The notes under the pieces are model-generated. The model searched no databases, had not been told where the DNA came from, and was given only the letters and a program-made list of their open reading frames with translations. A stretch of DNA of 64,000 nucleotides from Candidatus Parcubacteria bacterium (GTDB taxonomy: Bacteria > Patescibacteriota > Patescibacteriia > UBA1558 > GWA2-36-10). Where the stretch lies: assembly GCA_018669975.1 (NCBI GenBank), contig JABHSK010000001.1, forward strand, positions 24,394 through 88,393. Reading direction: 5' to 3'. Position 1 is the stretch's first letter. The number at the start of each line of letters is the position of its first letter. The translations under genes were made by a program, and so were the position numbers. Shown here in pieces: positions 41,260 through 51,770 of this stretch.

Positions 41260-42363
41260 TTAGAATAAATTTTTGATAGCAGTCCAAATACCACCACCAT
41301 AACGCATAAAGTCTCTGAAAGTTATAAAGATTATCAAGCCCATCAATAAAATAAAACCTGAATTATGCATCCAACCTTCTACTTTTTCATTTAGTTTGTG
41401 GCCACGAATTTTTTCTATACCCACAAATAACAGTCTACCACCATCTAAAGCTGGAAATGGTAAAATATTAATAACAGCTAAATTAATAGACAAAATAGCC
41501 ATAAATTGCAAGATATAGATCCAGCCCATTTTAACAAATTTACCAGTTAAAACAGCTACACCAACGGGTCCTGAAACTTCAGCTGATAAACGACCCTCGC
41601 TAAATAATGTGCCAATTAAATTGCCAAAAGCTTGAACAATTCTAACTGCCATGATTCCTGTGGCTTTAAGTCCTTGTCCGATGCTCTCAAAAAAACCATA
41701 ACTAACAACTCCTGTATCCAACATGCCAATTCCTACAACTGGCTTTTCATAACCCTCTAAATTGCCTGGTGTTAAATTAATAGTCTTTTCTTCACCAGCT
41801 CTAGCTATCAAAAACTCCATTTCATCATAACGATGCTCATCAATGGCTTCATAAACCATATCTGAGTTTTCCATACTCACGCCATTGACTGTTAAAATCT
41901 CGTCAGTAACCTGTAAATCATTCTCTGCGGCTACACTATTAGAGCTAACCTCAACAATCATAATACTTCTCTGACTGATTTGAACATCCCCCATGTTATC
42001 ACTAAGTGCTTGTGGTAATCCAAAATAAAAACCAACTGACAAAGCAATTATGGCCAACACAAAATTCATACCTACACCAGCTGACAAAATAGCTGCACGT
42101 TTCCAAGCTGCCTGGTTAGCAAAACTGTGTGGATCATCAGCATGATCACCCGATTCACCTTTTATTTTTACAAAACCACCCACCGGAATCAAATTGATAG
42201 AATAAACAATGCCTTTTCTTTTTATAGAAAATAACTTAGGTGGAAAACCAATCGCAAATTCTTCTACGTCTACACCCAATTTTCTAGCAGTAAGAAAATG
42301 ACCTAGTTCATGAACCAGTACTAAAACTCCTAATATTAATACAAACGAAATAAGTGTTATCAT
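41260..42363 (-). CDS. rseP: RIP metalloprotease RseP
   Basis: HELGH, PVGGFV, PDZ-like segment, SGPVG, NILPFPALDGG. Confidence 0.93.
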   Translation of the reverse strand: MITLISFVLILGVLVLVHELGHFLTARKLGVDVEEFAIGFPPKLFSIKRKGIVYSINLIPVGGFVKIKGESGDHADDPHSFANQAAWKRAAILSAGVGMNFVLAIIALSVGFYFGLPQALSDNMGDVQISQRSIMIVEVSSNSVAAENDLQVTDEILTVNGVSMENSDMVYEAIDEHRYDEMEFLIARAGEEKTINLTPGNLEGYEKPVVGIGMLDTGVVSYGFFESIGQGLKATGIMAVRIVQAFGNLIGTLFSEGRLSAEVSGPVGVAVLTGKFVKMGWIYILQFMAILSINLAVINILPFPALDGGRLLFVGIEKIRGHKLNEKVEGWMHNSGFILLMGLIIFITFRDFMRYGGGIWTAIKNLF

Positions 42364-42366
42364 AAT

Positions 42367-42921
42367 TTAAATAGTCATTATCTCCTTTTCTTTAGAGTCA
42401 CCAAGTTCTTTGATTTTTTCATTATATTCCTTGGTCATATCATCTAGTTCCTTAAGTGCCTGAAACTTTTCATCCTCTGATATCTCTTTTGATTTTTCTA
42501 ATGAAATAACATCTTCTTTTATCTTCTCACGTTGAGAACGTAAAGCAATTCTAGCTTCTTCTAATTTTTTAGATAAAATTTTCACCAACTCTTTACGGCT
42601 CTCCTCTGTTAGGGATGGAAAATTCAAACGAACAATATCTCCATCAACAATTGGATTAACGTTTAAATCAGACTTTGCTAGAGCCCTTTCTATGTCTTTA
42701 AGTATATTCTTGTCCCAAGGTTTAATACTAATAGTTCGTGGCTCGGGTGTACTGATTGCTGCCAATTGCATCAAATCTGAAGTAGTACCATAGGACTCCA
42801 CTTGTATGGCTTCAACCAAGTTTGGTGCCACCCTACCTGTCCGTAAAGATGAAATATCACCTTGCAAGAATTCCAAAGTCTTTTCGTATTGATCTTTGTT
42901 ATTCTGAACTATGCTATTCAT
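42367..42921 (-). CDS. frr: Ribosome recycling factor
   Basis: LRTGRV, IKPWDK, LTEESRKELVK, KEKEIM. Confidence 0.96.
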   Translation of the reverse strand: MNSIVQNNKDQYEKTLEFLQGDISSLRTGRVAPNLVEAIQVESYGTTSDLMQLAAISTPEPRTISIKPWDKNILKDIERALAKSDLNVNPIVDGDIVRLNFPSLTEESRKELVKILSKKLEEARIALRSQREKIKEDVISLEKSKEISEDEKFQALKELDDMTKEYNEKIKELGDSKEKEIMTI

Positions 42922-42940
42922 AAAATTTGTTTAATAATTA

Positions 42941-44065
42941 TTATTGTCTAATAAAAAATGTTCCTAGATACATAAATTTATTATCTTGAGAAAATTTGAA
43001 AAACCTAGCTGAATTTGGTGTTGGCAATGGATTGACATCCCAATTCTTACCACCATCTATAGAATGATAAATAGCTACCGTAGTACCATAAAATATTTCA
43101 TTGGTATTTTGCGGATTAACCTCAAAGGCATATATAACATCACCTCTGTTTGGTGATAATAGCTCTACTTGTTGCCAAGTTTGACTATCCTTTAACCTAA
43201 ATAAACCAGTATTATTCACAAAAAGAATACCATCTGGAACACTTTTGTCTATGCCAATATATAAAGCATTAATATATCCTGTACTTTTTAAACTAGCAGC
43301 GTCTTCGATACCCGGATCATCTGGCTCAATAATCGGCAATTCCATTAAGTCTTGAAAATTAGCAGCTCCATCGACACTCTTAAATAAACCTTTATTGGCT
43401 ACATTCACATACACAATATTTCCATCAATGTGATTTTGAGCAACTAGGAAAGTTATTTTCTGATCAAATCTATGAATAGTATCCCAAGAACGACCGTAGT
43501 CATGACTCTTTAAAAACTTACCGTCAGAAGTTCCTGCATAAATCACACGATTATCACTACCATTAACTGCTACTGTAGTCATAAATTGACCAGGCTTAGT
43601 TTCAAAGTAAACCCTATCCCAACTTCGTGAACAATCTGTTGATTTGTACAAACTATTATGAACAGCTACATAAACGGTACATTTATTTCTAGGATCTACA
43701 GCTATAGAATTGACAGTCCCCAAATCTCTTAAAGTGTTAAACCAGCCATTGCCATAATTATATGAATAATACACACCATTAACTTGAGTACCTAAATAAA
43801 TAGTTGCTGGATCAGACGGATCTTCAGCATAAACAGTCAAGTTGGTTGCATTGAAATTAACTTGTTGACCACCAATAGTATATAGATTGGTAACGTGGTC
43901 CCAGGTTTTTCCTAAATTGGCGGTTCTAAATAAACCACCGTAAGCTAAATTACCTGCCGCGCTATCTTTCTTTTTGATATTAATACCTAAACATCCAGAA
44001 AGTACTAACGGCAAGATTAAAACTAGCAGCCAAAATTTATTAAATGATAATTTTTGTTTTTTCAT
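42941..44065 (-). CDS. Lipoprotein with Asp-box/BNR beta-propeller repeats
   Basis: Lipobox LSGC; repeated S-x-D-x-G-x-x-W motifs; start at ATG 44065. Confidence 0.8.
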   Translation of the reverse strand: MKKQKLSFNKFWLLVLILPLVLSGCLGINIKKKDSAAGNLAYGGLFRTANLGKTWDHVTNLYTIGGQQVNFNATNLTVYAEDPSDPATIYLGTQVNGVYYSYNYGNGWFNTLRDLGTVNSIAVDPRNKCTVYVAVHNSLYKSTDCSRSWDRVYFETKPGQFMTTVAVNGSDNRVIYAGTSDGKFLKSHDYGRSWDTIHRFDQKITFLVAQNHIDGNIVYVNVANKGLFKSVDGAANFQDLMELPIIEPDDPGIEDAASLKSTGYINALYIGIDKSVPDGILFVNNTGLFRLKDSQTWQQVELLSPNRGDVIYAFEVNPQNTNEIFYGTTVAIYHSIDGGKNWDVNPLPTPNSARFFKFSQDNKFMYLGTFFIRQ

Positions 44066-44069
44066 GTAT

Positions 44070-45071
44070 TTATTTAACACTTAAAAGTAAGTTTTCCCAC
44101 AGCAACTGTGGTGAAACATTATATTTTAATTTAGTTTTTATTTTGCTTAAAGATATTAAATTCTGAAAAAGTTTTTTGGCTGTAAACTGATTAGCCAAAT
44201 CCTGTAATTCTTTATGGTACACTTCGTTAACTACTGGACGATCTAGTTTTATCCATAACAGATCTCGTAAAAATACTTCAAATAAATTCAAATATTGCTC
44301 TGTTAAATTCCCTAACTCATACATTTTGAATCCTGGGTGTTCCTTTTTTAAAATTTCAAACCATTTATCAATAGTGTTCATGTATACGAAAGTATTACTG
44401 GATAACAATTTAATAACAAAATTACAGCTTTTCTTGAAGCTCTCGAGATTATCATTCATTAAATCTAAAGCAATACCGGGCTTACCAAAAGATAAGTTCA
44501 TAATGGTCTTTTTTTCATCTTGACCAAAATCATAATTATCTAACCATTTTTCCATATCATCACGAGATAAAGATTGAAATTTTATCAATTGACATCGTGA
44601 AATAACAGTAGCTGGAAGATTGCTAATAGAATCAGCTATCAAAATAATAGTAGTATTGCGCGGTGGTTCTTCAAGTGTTTTTAATAAGGCATTGGCACCA
44701 AATAAATTTACGTTTTCTGCTCCATAAATTATAGCTAACTTTTTATCAGCACTAACATTAGATAAAGATAATTTGTGCAAGAACTCCCTAATATTTTCTA
44801 CTGACAAGTCTTCGTTGCGGCCAAGTTTGTGTAAATCTAAAAAAGTATTCTTCTTAATTAAACGACAATGATAACATTTCTGACATGGTCTAGTCTCCTG
44901 ATCCTGACACAATAATGATTGCACGAAGTAGTCTACTACCATTTTTTTACCTAATCCCCTAGGCCCATAAAACAAATACGTATTAGCCAGCTTGTTTTGA
45001 CTAACCGTTTCCTGCAAATACTTTAACTGATTTTGGTGACCATAAATCGGCCATGTAAACTTATATGACAT
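44070..45071 (-). CDS. holB: DNA polymerase III delta-prime subunit
   Basis: YLFYGPRGLGK, PCQKCYHC, ANALLKTLEEPP, TVISRCQ; start at ATG 45071. Confidence 0.88.
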   Translation of the reverse strand: MSYKFTWPIYGHQNQLKYLQETVSQNKLANTYLFYGPRGLGKKMVVDYFVQSLLCQDQETRPCQKCYHCRLIKKNTFLDLHKLGRNEDLSVENIREFLHKLSLSNVSADKKLAIIYGAENVNLFGANALLKTLEEPPRNTTIILIADSISNLPATVISRCQLIKFQSLSRDDMEKWLDNYDFGQDEKKTIMNLSFGKPGIALDLMNDNLESFKKSCNFVIKLLSSNTFVYMNTIDKWFEILKKEHPGFKMYELGNLTEQYLNLFEVFLRDLLWIKLDRPVVNEVYHKELQDLANQFTAKKLFQNLISLSKIKTKLKYNVSPQLLWENLLLSVK

Positions 45072-45195
45072 TGACTTTAAAATACCATTTTTGGCAGGAA
45101 AAATCAATGTTTATAACCTTGACAATAAATAGCCTCTATGGTTTTATAATGACAATCTTCCTAGAACATTTCAAACACTCTCAAAAGGAGAAAAA

Positions 45196-45576
45196 ATGGA
45201 ACGCTTAAAGTCAATCTTTAGTAGAATTTCCTTTATCTTTTGGATTCTCGTCTACGCCATAGTCTTCAATGGCCTCTATGACATCGGGTTGGATATCGCA
45301 CCTGGTGCCAAGTCTGCCATCATCTGCGGCCTCTTGGCTGGCACTTTCCTGGTCTATACAGTCCATAGATACAAAAATCATATTTGCACCACCCTCCGCT
45401 GCCGCATGTACAACGGCGCTGCTGTCTTCATTTTTATCTCTCTCTTGGATATCAAAAAGTACGCCACCAACGATCTGGCGATTCGCACTGTCTCTGCTAT
45501 GATGGTATATACCATCATCACACTGTTCGCTCTCTGGTTGGCTCGCCGCAGAAATGCCACCACGGCTACTCCTTGA
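45196..45576 (+). CDS. Four-TM hypothetical membrane protein
   Basis: AAGGAG SD, promoter, terminator; C-rich codon usage unlike flanks. Confidence 0.7.
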   Translation: MERLKSIFSRISFIFWILVYAIVFNGLYDIGLDIAPGAKSAIICGLLAGTFLVYTVHRYKNHICTTLRCRMYNGAAVFIFISLLDIKKYATNDLAIRTVSAMMVYTIITLFALWLARRRNATTATP

Positions 45577-45581
45577 TTATC

Positions 45582-45610
45582 TCGTCCTACTTCGGTAGGA
45601 CTTTTTTATT
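45582..45610 (+). terminator. Intrinsic terminator
   Basis: gtcctac-ttcg-gtaggac + tttttt. Confidence 0.8.
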
Positions 45611-45647
45611 TAAAAATAAAAAACCCTGCCCTAGGCAGGATTTAATT

Positions 45648-46046
45648 TTATGATAATTCTTCGTCTAGCGCTTTATTGACTAAAGCATCTGCTGCTTTAT
45701 TCTGCTCACGCCGAACGTGTGTAAAAGTTATATTTTTAAATTTCATTGTCATATTCCAAACTTTTACAAAAAGCTTGGCCAATTCCTTATCTTTTACTTT
45801 GTATCTTTTATTTAGTTGTTCAACAATCAATTCACTATCCAAAAAACAATCAACTTCCGAAATATTTTTTTCCAGGGCTAACTCTACGCCACGGATAATT
45901 GCCTTATACTCAGCTTGATTATTGGTACCTTCGCCTATATATTCTGAAAAATTACCTACTTCTTTATCCTCTTCATAAAGAACACCACCAATAGCTGATG
46001 GTCCAGGATTACCTCTAGCTCCTCCGTCAGTAAAAAGCTTATGCAT
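45648..46046 (-). CDS. rnhA: Ribonuclease HI
   Basis: FTDGGARGNPG, TNNQAEY, LDSELIVEQ, HVRREQNKAADALVN. Confidence 0.92.
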   Translation of the reverse strand: MHKLFTDGGARGNPGPSAIGGVLYEEDKEVGNFSEYIGEGTNNQAEYKAIIRGVELALEKNISEVDCFLDSELIVEQLNKRYKVKDKELAKLFVKVWNMTMKFKNITFTHVRREQNKAADALVNKALDEELS

Positions 46047-47739
46047 CTTTCTTGATATCTTTAATTATTAATTGTATCTCTCTATTACCATTCCACTGGT
46101 TGATACTTAAATTATATACCACATCAATCTTGTCTCCAATCTCTAAATCTACATTTCCTAAACCAAAAGCAATGGCATCGCGCTTTTTATTGTCTTTTAC
46201 TAGTTCTAATTTCCAATGCTTGGCATCATTACCTACTTTTCTAGCAGCTGTTACCAATAAATCTGTAGACATAAATAGAGGTTCTGCATTACCTTGTCCA
46301 AAAGGTTTAAATTTATCCAACAAATCAACTATCTCCCAAGATATATCTTTAAAATTAATAACTATCTCTATTTCTAATTTAGTTAAAAATTCAACACCGT
46401 GCAACTGCTCGTTTGCTCGCTTCTGCATGTTGCTAATAAATTTGTCCTTATTATCTTTACTTATAGAAAAACCACAGGCCTGGGGATGACCACCAAAACG
46501 AAGTAATAGGTCAGCATTGGCTTGTAAAGATTCTACAATATTAAATGCGGGAATACTTCGACCAGAACCAACAACATCACCACTTTCACTATCAGTCATA
46601 ACTATACAAGGTCTAGCGTGTTTACGAACTAGCCTAGAGGCTACCAAGCCAGTTAAACCAGCCGCCCAATCTGATTGATAAAAAAATAATAGACTTTCCT
46701 TATCACTAACCTCTTGAGCATCTGCCTGACGCACAATTTTCTCAGTCACTTTCTGACGATCTATATTTGATTGATTGAGCTCAACAGCTAATTCTTGTGC
46801 CTTATCAGCATCTGGCTCAGTTAATAAATAAAAGGCTAAATTGGCATGATCCATACGACCAGCGGCATTAATCCTTGGCGCTATAGAAAAACCTATACTG
46901 CGAGTATCTACTTTGTCTGCGCTCAAATTAGCTACTTCCATTAATTTCTGCAAACCAATACGTTGGGTTTTTTTAAGTACTATCAAACCATATTTAAGTA
47001 AAGTACGATTTTCTCCTATTAGGGGCACCATATCAGCTACTAAGGAAATAGCCACTAAATCCAATAACCATTTCTCATGACTTTCTTTATCCTTATCTGA
47101 CAAAGCGCTACTTTTGTGTTTAATCAAACCTTGCACCAATTTGAAAGCCACTGCTCCCCCAGCTAAAAACTTAAAAGGATAACTATCATAAACTTGCGGA
47201 TGAATAATAGCCATAGCTTTTGGTAGATTGTCTGGCACAGTATGATGATCTGTAATAATTACATCTAAGCCTTTTTCATTGGCTAAATCAACCTCTTCTG
47301 TGTTACTAATTCCGCAATCACAGGTAATAATTAATTTAGTTTTGTTGCTAGCTAGTTTTTCAACTGCTTTTTTGTTGAGTCCATAACCCTCTTTTTCTCT
47401 GTGTGGTAAATAGGCTTCTACTTTAGCTCCTAGATTCTCCAAGCCAGTTTTAAGAATAACTGCCGCGCTAACACCATCAGCGTCATAGTCTCCATAAACC
47501 GTAATCAACTCTTTTTTATCAATAGCTTGATAAATACGTTCACAAGCCTTGGTCATGTCCTTAAATAAAAAAGGATCATGGATATCCTGACTATAATCGG
47601 GCATCAAAAACTCATCTATCTTTTCTTGTGTATCAATACCACGATTATAAAGCAACTGAGCTACAGTTGGGTGTAATTCAGGATACTTTTCTATTATTTT
47701 ATTGTCTACAGGTTTTGGCTGTTGCCAAATATGTGACAT
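46039..47739 (-). CDS. recJ: Single-stranded DNA exonuclease RecJ
   Basis: YGDYDADG, ITCDCG, ITDHH, PRINAAGR, GSGRS, FGGH. Confidence 0.96.
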   Translation of the reverse strand: MSHIWQQPKPVDNKIIEKYPELHPTVAQLLYNRGIDTQEKIDEFLMPDYSQDIHDPFLFKDMTKACERIYQAIDKKELITVYGDYDADGVSAAVILKTGLENLGAKVEAYLPHREKEGYGLNKKAVEKLASNKTKLIITCDCGISNTEEVDLANEKGLDVIITDHHTVPDNLPKAMAIIHPQVYDSYPFKFLAGGAVAFKLVQGLIKHKSSALSDKDKESHEKWLLDLVAISLVADMVPLIGENRTLLKYGLIVLKKTQRIGLQKLMEVANLSADKVDTRSIGFSIAPRINAAGRMDHANLAFYLLTEPDADKAQELAVELNQSNIDRQKVTEKIVRQADAQEVSDKESLLFFYQSDWAAGLTGLVASRLVRKHARPCIVMTDSESGDVVGSGRSIPAFNIVESLQANADLLLRFGGHPQACGFSISKDNKDKFISNMQKRANEQLHGVEFLTKLEIEIVINFKDISWEIVDLLDKFKPFGQGNAEPLFMSTDLLVTAARKVGNDAKHWKLELVKDNKKRDAIAFGLGNVDLEIGDKIDVVYNLSINQWNGNREIQLIIKDIKKDA

Positions 47740-47841
47740 ATGTTGATAATTAATGACTTGCTACATTGTAGCAATAATTTTATCTTTTTACCAATAAATA
47801 AACCCCTGACTATATTAAGGGGCTTATTTAGATATAATACA

Positions 47842-48291
47842 CTATTTTACTTTAATAACTTTAACTTTAATTGGTTTCTTTTTGACTGGTTTTGGTTCTT
47901 CTTTCTTTTTTTCAACCCTATCTTCTTTGACTGCTATTACTGGTTTTGGTTCTTCTTTCTTTTTTTCAATCTTCTTCTCTTTTACTTGTTTGACTGGTTT
48001 TGGTTCTTTTATTCTAATTTTCTTTGGTTGATTTTTTTTAAGCTCCATTAATAAAAATAATAGGCCAACCGCTAACAGCAGTAATCCTCCTAAAATAAAC
48101 CAAAAATAAACATTATCCATATTAAAAAATGAATAATAAACAGGTTCAACATTACCTTGAGTGTATTCTGTGGTTAGTTGTTGTAATTCCTGATTTAGTT
48201 CATTTAGTTTAGCATCTGACTCGGCTAAGTTCTCCAAGACCTGACTTGTTTCTTGAGCTAAAGCTTTAGGAATTATTTTTTCAATAAACAT
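47842..48291 (-). CDS. Single-TM hypothetical protein with K/E/P-rich repeat tail
   Basis: TM WFILGGLLLLAVGLLFLL; repeated EKKKEEPKPV. Confidence 0.7.
   Translation of the reverse strand: MFIEKIIPKALAQETSQVLENLAESDAKLNELNQELQQLTTEYTQGNVEPVYYSFFNMDNVYFWFILGGLLLLAVGLLFLLMELKKNQPKKIRIKEPKPVKQVKEKKIEKKKEEPKPVIAVKEDRVEKKKEEPKPVKKKPIKVKVIKVK
47883..48010. repeat. Coding direct repeats (EPKPV units)
   Basis: actggttttggttctt occurs three times; two copies extend to about 30 nt. Confidence 0.75.
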
Positions 48292-49418
48292 TTGTATGTT
48301 TTTTCTGCTAAATTATTTATTTCACCTTCGGGTGCTATTAATATTCGGCAACCTTTAGGCTTTACTATATTACGCATTACCATGCGCCTAATGATGGGAC
48401 TATTGATGCCTACTGCCCCAGTAAATACTATGGCATCTAATTTCTTACTCATGCCTACATATGAAGCTAAATAACGACGAATATCATAGACATAAACTCC
48501 CAGTGCCAATTTTGCCTGCTGTCTATCTATTTTGCTAAATTTACGCTTATTCTTATACCCAGGTACTCGATATCCAGCTGCTAACAATATATCCCTAAGG
48601 TCTGCCATATTGGCTAAGCCAAGTAATCCAGATTTATTATTTAATAGCTGCTTAATTTTTATCAGCGGCATCTTGAGCTCATCGGCTAAGAAAAATACTA
48701 TACTAGCTGGAATATCACCGCTACGGGTAGACATAGTCAGACCTTCGTTTGGTGAAAAGCCCATAGTAGTGTCTTTAACCTTGCCGTCTATATACCAAGT
48801 CAAACTAGAACCAGAACCTAAATGACAAGTAACCGCCTTAAACTTATTTATTTTTTTATGTAAAGATTTAGCAGCGTACTTAGTAGCCATTTCATGGCTC
48901 AAACCATGAAAACCATACTTTCTGATTTTATCTTGTTTATAAAATTTACTAGGCAATGAATATAGATATACCTCTGGTTTGAGATCTTGGTACCAAGCAG
49001 TATCAAAGCTAGCTGACATTTTTATTCTTGGCCAAGTATCTTTAACTAAGCTCATTAATTCCAGACTAACTGGATTGTGCAAAGGAGCTAATTTATTATA
49101 CTTTTTTATCTTATTAAAAAATTGTTTATTGATCTTGACTGTATTTGTAAATTCTTCGCCGCCATGCACCATCCGGAAGCCTACATAACGAATATCATAG
49201 TTTGCTAAAATTTCCTCTAAATAATTCCACCAAGTTTTAAGATTGTAGGCAGTGGCAATATTTATCTTGGTTTTTTTGTAAGTCAAAACACTCTTTCCAG
49301 CCAATAAAGAAATTCCACCCGATAAAATTTCCTTGCCCAGACTCTTATCAACTTCGAAAATAGCAAATTTTAAACTACTACTTCCAGTATTTAAAACTAA
49401 TAGGTGTTTTTTTATCAT
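48273..49418 (-). CDS. ackA: Acetate/propionate kinase
   Basis: LNTGSSSLKF, RMVHGG, LAPLHNP, RKYGFHGLSH, HLGSGSS, TRSGD. Confidence 0.9.
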   Translation of the reverse strand: MIKKHLLVLNTGSSSLKFAIFEVDKSLGKEILSGGISLLAGKSVLTYKKTKINIATAYNLKTWWNYLEEILANYDIRYVGFRMVHGGEEFTNTVKINKQFFNKIKKYNKLAPLHNPVSLELMSLVKDTWPRIKMSASFDTAWYQDLKPEVYLYSLPSKFYKQDKIRKYGFHGLSHEMATKYAAKSLHKKINKFKAVTCHLGSGSSLTWYIDGKVKDTTMGFSPNEGLTMSTRSGDIPASIVFFLADELKMPLIKIKQLLNNKSGLLGLANMADLRDILLAAGYRVPGYKNKRKFSKIDRQQAKLALGVYVYDIRRYLASYVGMSKKLDAIVFTGAVGINSPIIRRMVMRNIVKPKGCRILIAPEGEINNLAEKTYKCLLKK

Positions 49419-49981
49419 ATATCTAAATCTATCACAGTACAGGTGAGTAAACCTGCTGCATTAGCCTCATCGGTATCTAAATGAATCCTGGTAGCAAAAT
49501 TACCGACTCTGGCTACAATTTCTCCAATCTCCATAGCTCTTGAGCCTTTAATCACTGCCTTTACTTTTTGACCATTTTTAATCTTCCATTTTTTAGCATC
49601 TTCCTTAGATATGTGCAGATGTCGCTTAGCTATTATAAGACCCGCGGTTAATTTTAAACTACCTTTCGGCCCTTTTAACGTTACTCCTCCAGGTGTACCT
49701 TTAAGGTCTCCAGAAACACGAAACTCTGGCCTAACCCCTAAAAGCCTACCATCACTGTAAGCTAATTCTATCTGCGTTTTAGGTCTGATAGGACCTACTA
49801 TACGCATCATAAATTTTCCTTTGGGTCCCTTAACTTCTACTTTTTCTTTAGCTGCAAATTCACCAGGTTGAGACAATTCTTCAGCTACATGCAATTCATA
49901 ATCCTTACCAAAAAGTTTGTTCAAATGGGCTCTGGAAATATGTAAGTGTCTAGCTGAAATTTCTGCTTTGACTTTTTTCAT
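49415..49981 (-). CDS. pduL: PduL-type phosphate acyltransferase
   Basis: SARHLH, LSQPGEFA, RVSGDLKGTPG, AKRHLH, HLDTDEANA. Confidence 0.92.
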   Translation of the reverse strand: MKKVKAEISARHLHISRAHLNKLFGKDYELHVAEELSQPGEFAAKEKVEVKGPKGKFMMRIVGPIRPKTQIELAYSDGRLLGVRPEFRVSGDLKGTPGGVTLKGPKGSLKLTAGLIIAKRHLHISKEDAKKWKIKNGQKVKAVIKGSRAMEIGEIVARVGNFATRIHLDTDEANAAGLLTCTVIDLDI

Positions 49982-49983
49982 AA

Positions 49984-50973
49984 TTATAACTTGTACTTTT
50001 TTAAATCTTTAGCTGTTAACAGACCTTCTTGAGCACCAATCTTCATGATTACAGAATTGCTATTTAATATAGCTAACTTTAAGGACTTATCTAAGTTCCA
50101 CTTATATTTGATCAAACCAGCCACTAAGCTAGAACCAAAGGAGTCCCCGGCTCCAGTAGTGTTAATACCGGCTCGTTTTTTTGCTGCCTTAAAATAAACC
50201 TTCTCACCGTCATAAAGATAAGCACCTCGATGTCCATCTGTAACCACGGTTAATTTTTGACCATATTTATGTAAACTCTTTAAAATATAGTTAATATTGT
50301 TGGTTACTTTCCCATCTTCGAGACTAACCAACAATTCTAAGGCCTCATCCCGATTAACATCAAAAACTGCGGTTTGTTTCATATACTTGGCTAATTTTTT
50401 CAAACCAAGTTTGAGTTGATTACTACCTGGATTCCAGGCAATCTGAATTTTCTTATTTGCACAATGACTAAAAAGATTGTTTAATTTGCCAGTAAAATTT
50501 CCAGATAAAGAGGTCAAATAGACCCAAGATGTATTTATTCTTTTAACCCTCTCTGGGCTGAGGTTAATCTTATTATTAGCACCACGATAAGCAAAAATAA
50601 CATGCTCATTATACTTACCAACATTAACTATAGCTGAGGTGCCTGTGCGAATTTTTTTATGCTCCTGAACAAACTTGGTATTAACCTTTTTGCTTTTTAG
50701 ATAACGAAAAATTTCTGTACCGACTAAATCGTCACCAACAGATAAAACAGTTTGGGTTTTTATGCCTAAACCAGCAAAATTGACTGCCGTATTCATACCA
50801 CCGCCACCATAGGTAAAATATACATCTTTACTGTAAATTTTAGCTCCATATTCAAAGGCAATTAGTTTTTGACGCAACAAATCCTGCTTATTATCGAGCA
50901 GTAACATATCATCAGTATAAAACATGATGTCGCGAGTAGCGCCGCCGATAGTTGTAACTGTATTTTTAATCAT
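49984..50973 (-). CDS. PfkB-family carbohydrate kinase
   Basis: GGGGMNTA, WNPG, NRDEA, TTGAGDSFGS. Confidence 0.9.
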   Translation of the reverse strand: MIKNTVTTIGGATRDIMFYTDDMLLLDNKQDLLRQKLIAFEYGAKIYSKDVYFTYGGGGMNTAVNFAGLGIKTQTVLSVGDDLVGTEIFRYLKSKKVNTKFVQEHKKIRTGTSAIVNVGKYNEHVIFAYRGANNKINLSPERVKRINTSWVYLTSLSGNFTGKLNNLFSHCANKKIQIAWNPGSNQLKLGLKKLAKYMKQTAVFDVNRDEALELLVSLEDGKVTNNINYILKSLHKYGQKLTVVTDGHRGAYLYDGEKVYFKAAKKRAGINTTGAGDSFGSSLVAGLIKYKWNLDKSLKLAILNSNSVIMKIGAQEGLLTAKDLKKYKL

Positions 50974-50994
50974 GACTTATTTTTTAAAAAAATA

Positions 50995-51222
50995 CTAAAC
51001 GTAACGATGGTAATCTTTAATTTTATCAACAATCATCTTCATGATGTACAAAAAGATGGCAAACATGCCGCCAACAAAGAAAACCTGACCTCTCATGCCG
51101 ACTTCAAAGAATGACATTTGTTGTACCAAAGTGATGCCAACTAAAATTCCTAAAACTAAAGTGGACAAGAACAGTAACATTACTAAAGTAAAAATTAACT
51201 CTACAATTTTATGCAAAGACAT
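50995..51222 (-). CDS. Small two-TM hypothetical protein
   Basis: Two hydrophobic segments; co-oriented with pfkB. Confidence 0.6.
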   Translation of the reverse strand: MSLHKIVELIFTLVMLLFLSTLVLGILVGITLVQQMSFFEVGMRGQVFFVGGMFAIFLYIMKMIVDKIKDYHRYV

Positions 51223-51296
51223 ACTTTTATATATTTATGAATTATTAATATCAACTTTATATATTATACCACAAAAACAAAAAAGCAGAAAAATAT

Positions 51297-51770
51297 TTAC
51301 TGCTTTCGAAATTTTATAATATTATAGCCAGCTACAGCCATGGCCACTCCGACATTAAGCGATTCTTTAATACCGTTCATGGGTAATGATATAGTAGTGT
51401 CAACTTTTTTCATCAAGGCTGATGATAAGCCACTGACTTCATTACCAACAATCAAGGCTAAGGGAAACTGAGGTTTAAATTCCAGATAATCAATTGACTC
51501 ACTACCAGTTTCTAAAGCCACTGTCTTAACACCCTCTCTGCGTAATTTATCTATCAAATAAGAAATATTTTTATAGTGTTGCCATGGAACTGAATCCTCT
51601 GCTCCCAGCGCTACTTTTGAGATTTCCTTACGCGGTGGTTGCCCAGAATAACCAGTTAAAAACAGCTGGTCTACTCCCATAGCATCAGCTGTACGAAACA
51701 TTGTTCCAATATTATAAAGACTGCGAATATTGTGAACAATTATATAAAAATCATTTTTATTTGTTGTCAT
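51297..51770 (-). CDS. SpoU/TrmH-family RNA methyltransferase
   Basis: HNIRSLYNIGTMFRTAD, VGNEVSG, LPMNGIKESLNVGVA. Confidence 0.9.
   Translation of the reverse strand: MTTNKNDFYIIVHNIRSLYNIGTMFRTADAMGVDQLFLTGYSGQPPRKEISKVALGAEDSVPWQHYKNISYLIDKLRREGVKTVALETGSESIDYLEFKPQFPLALIVGNEVSGLSSALMKKVDTTISLPMNGIKESLNVGVAMAVAGYNIIKFRKQ

Noticed and set aside
47740-48051. Phe-rich plus-strand ORF
   Set aside because: Antisense of the Lys/Glu-rich repeat gene
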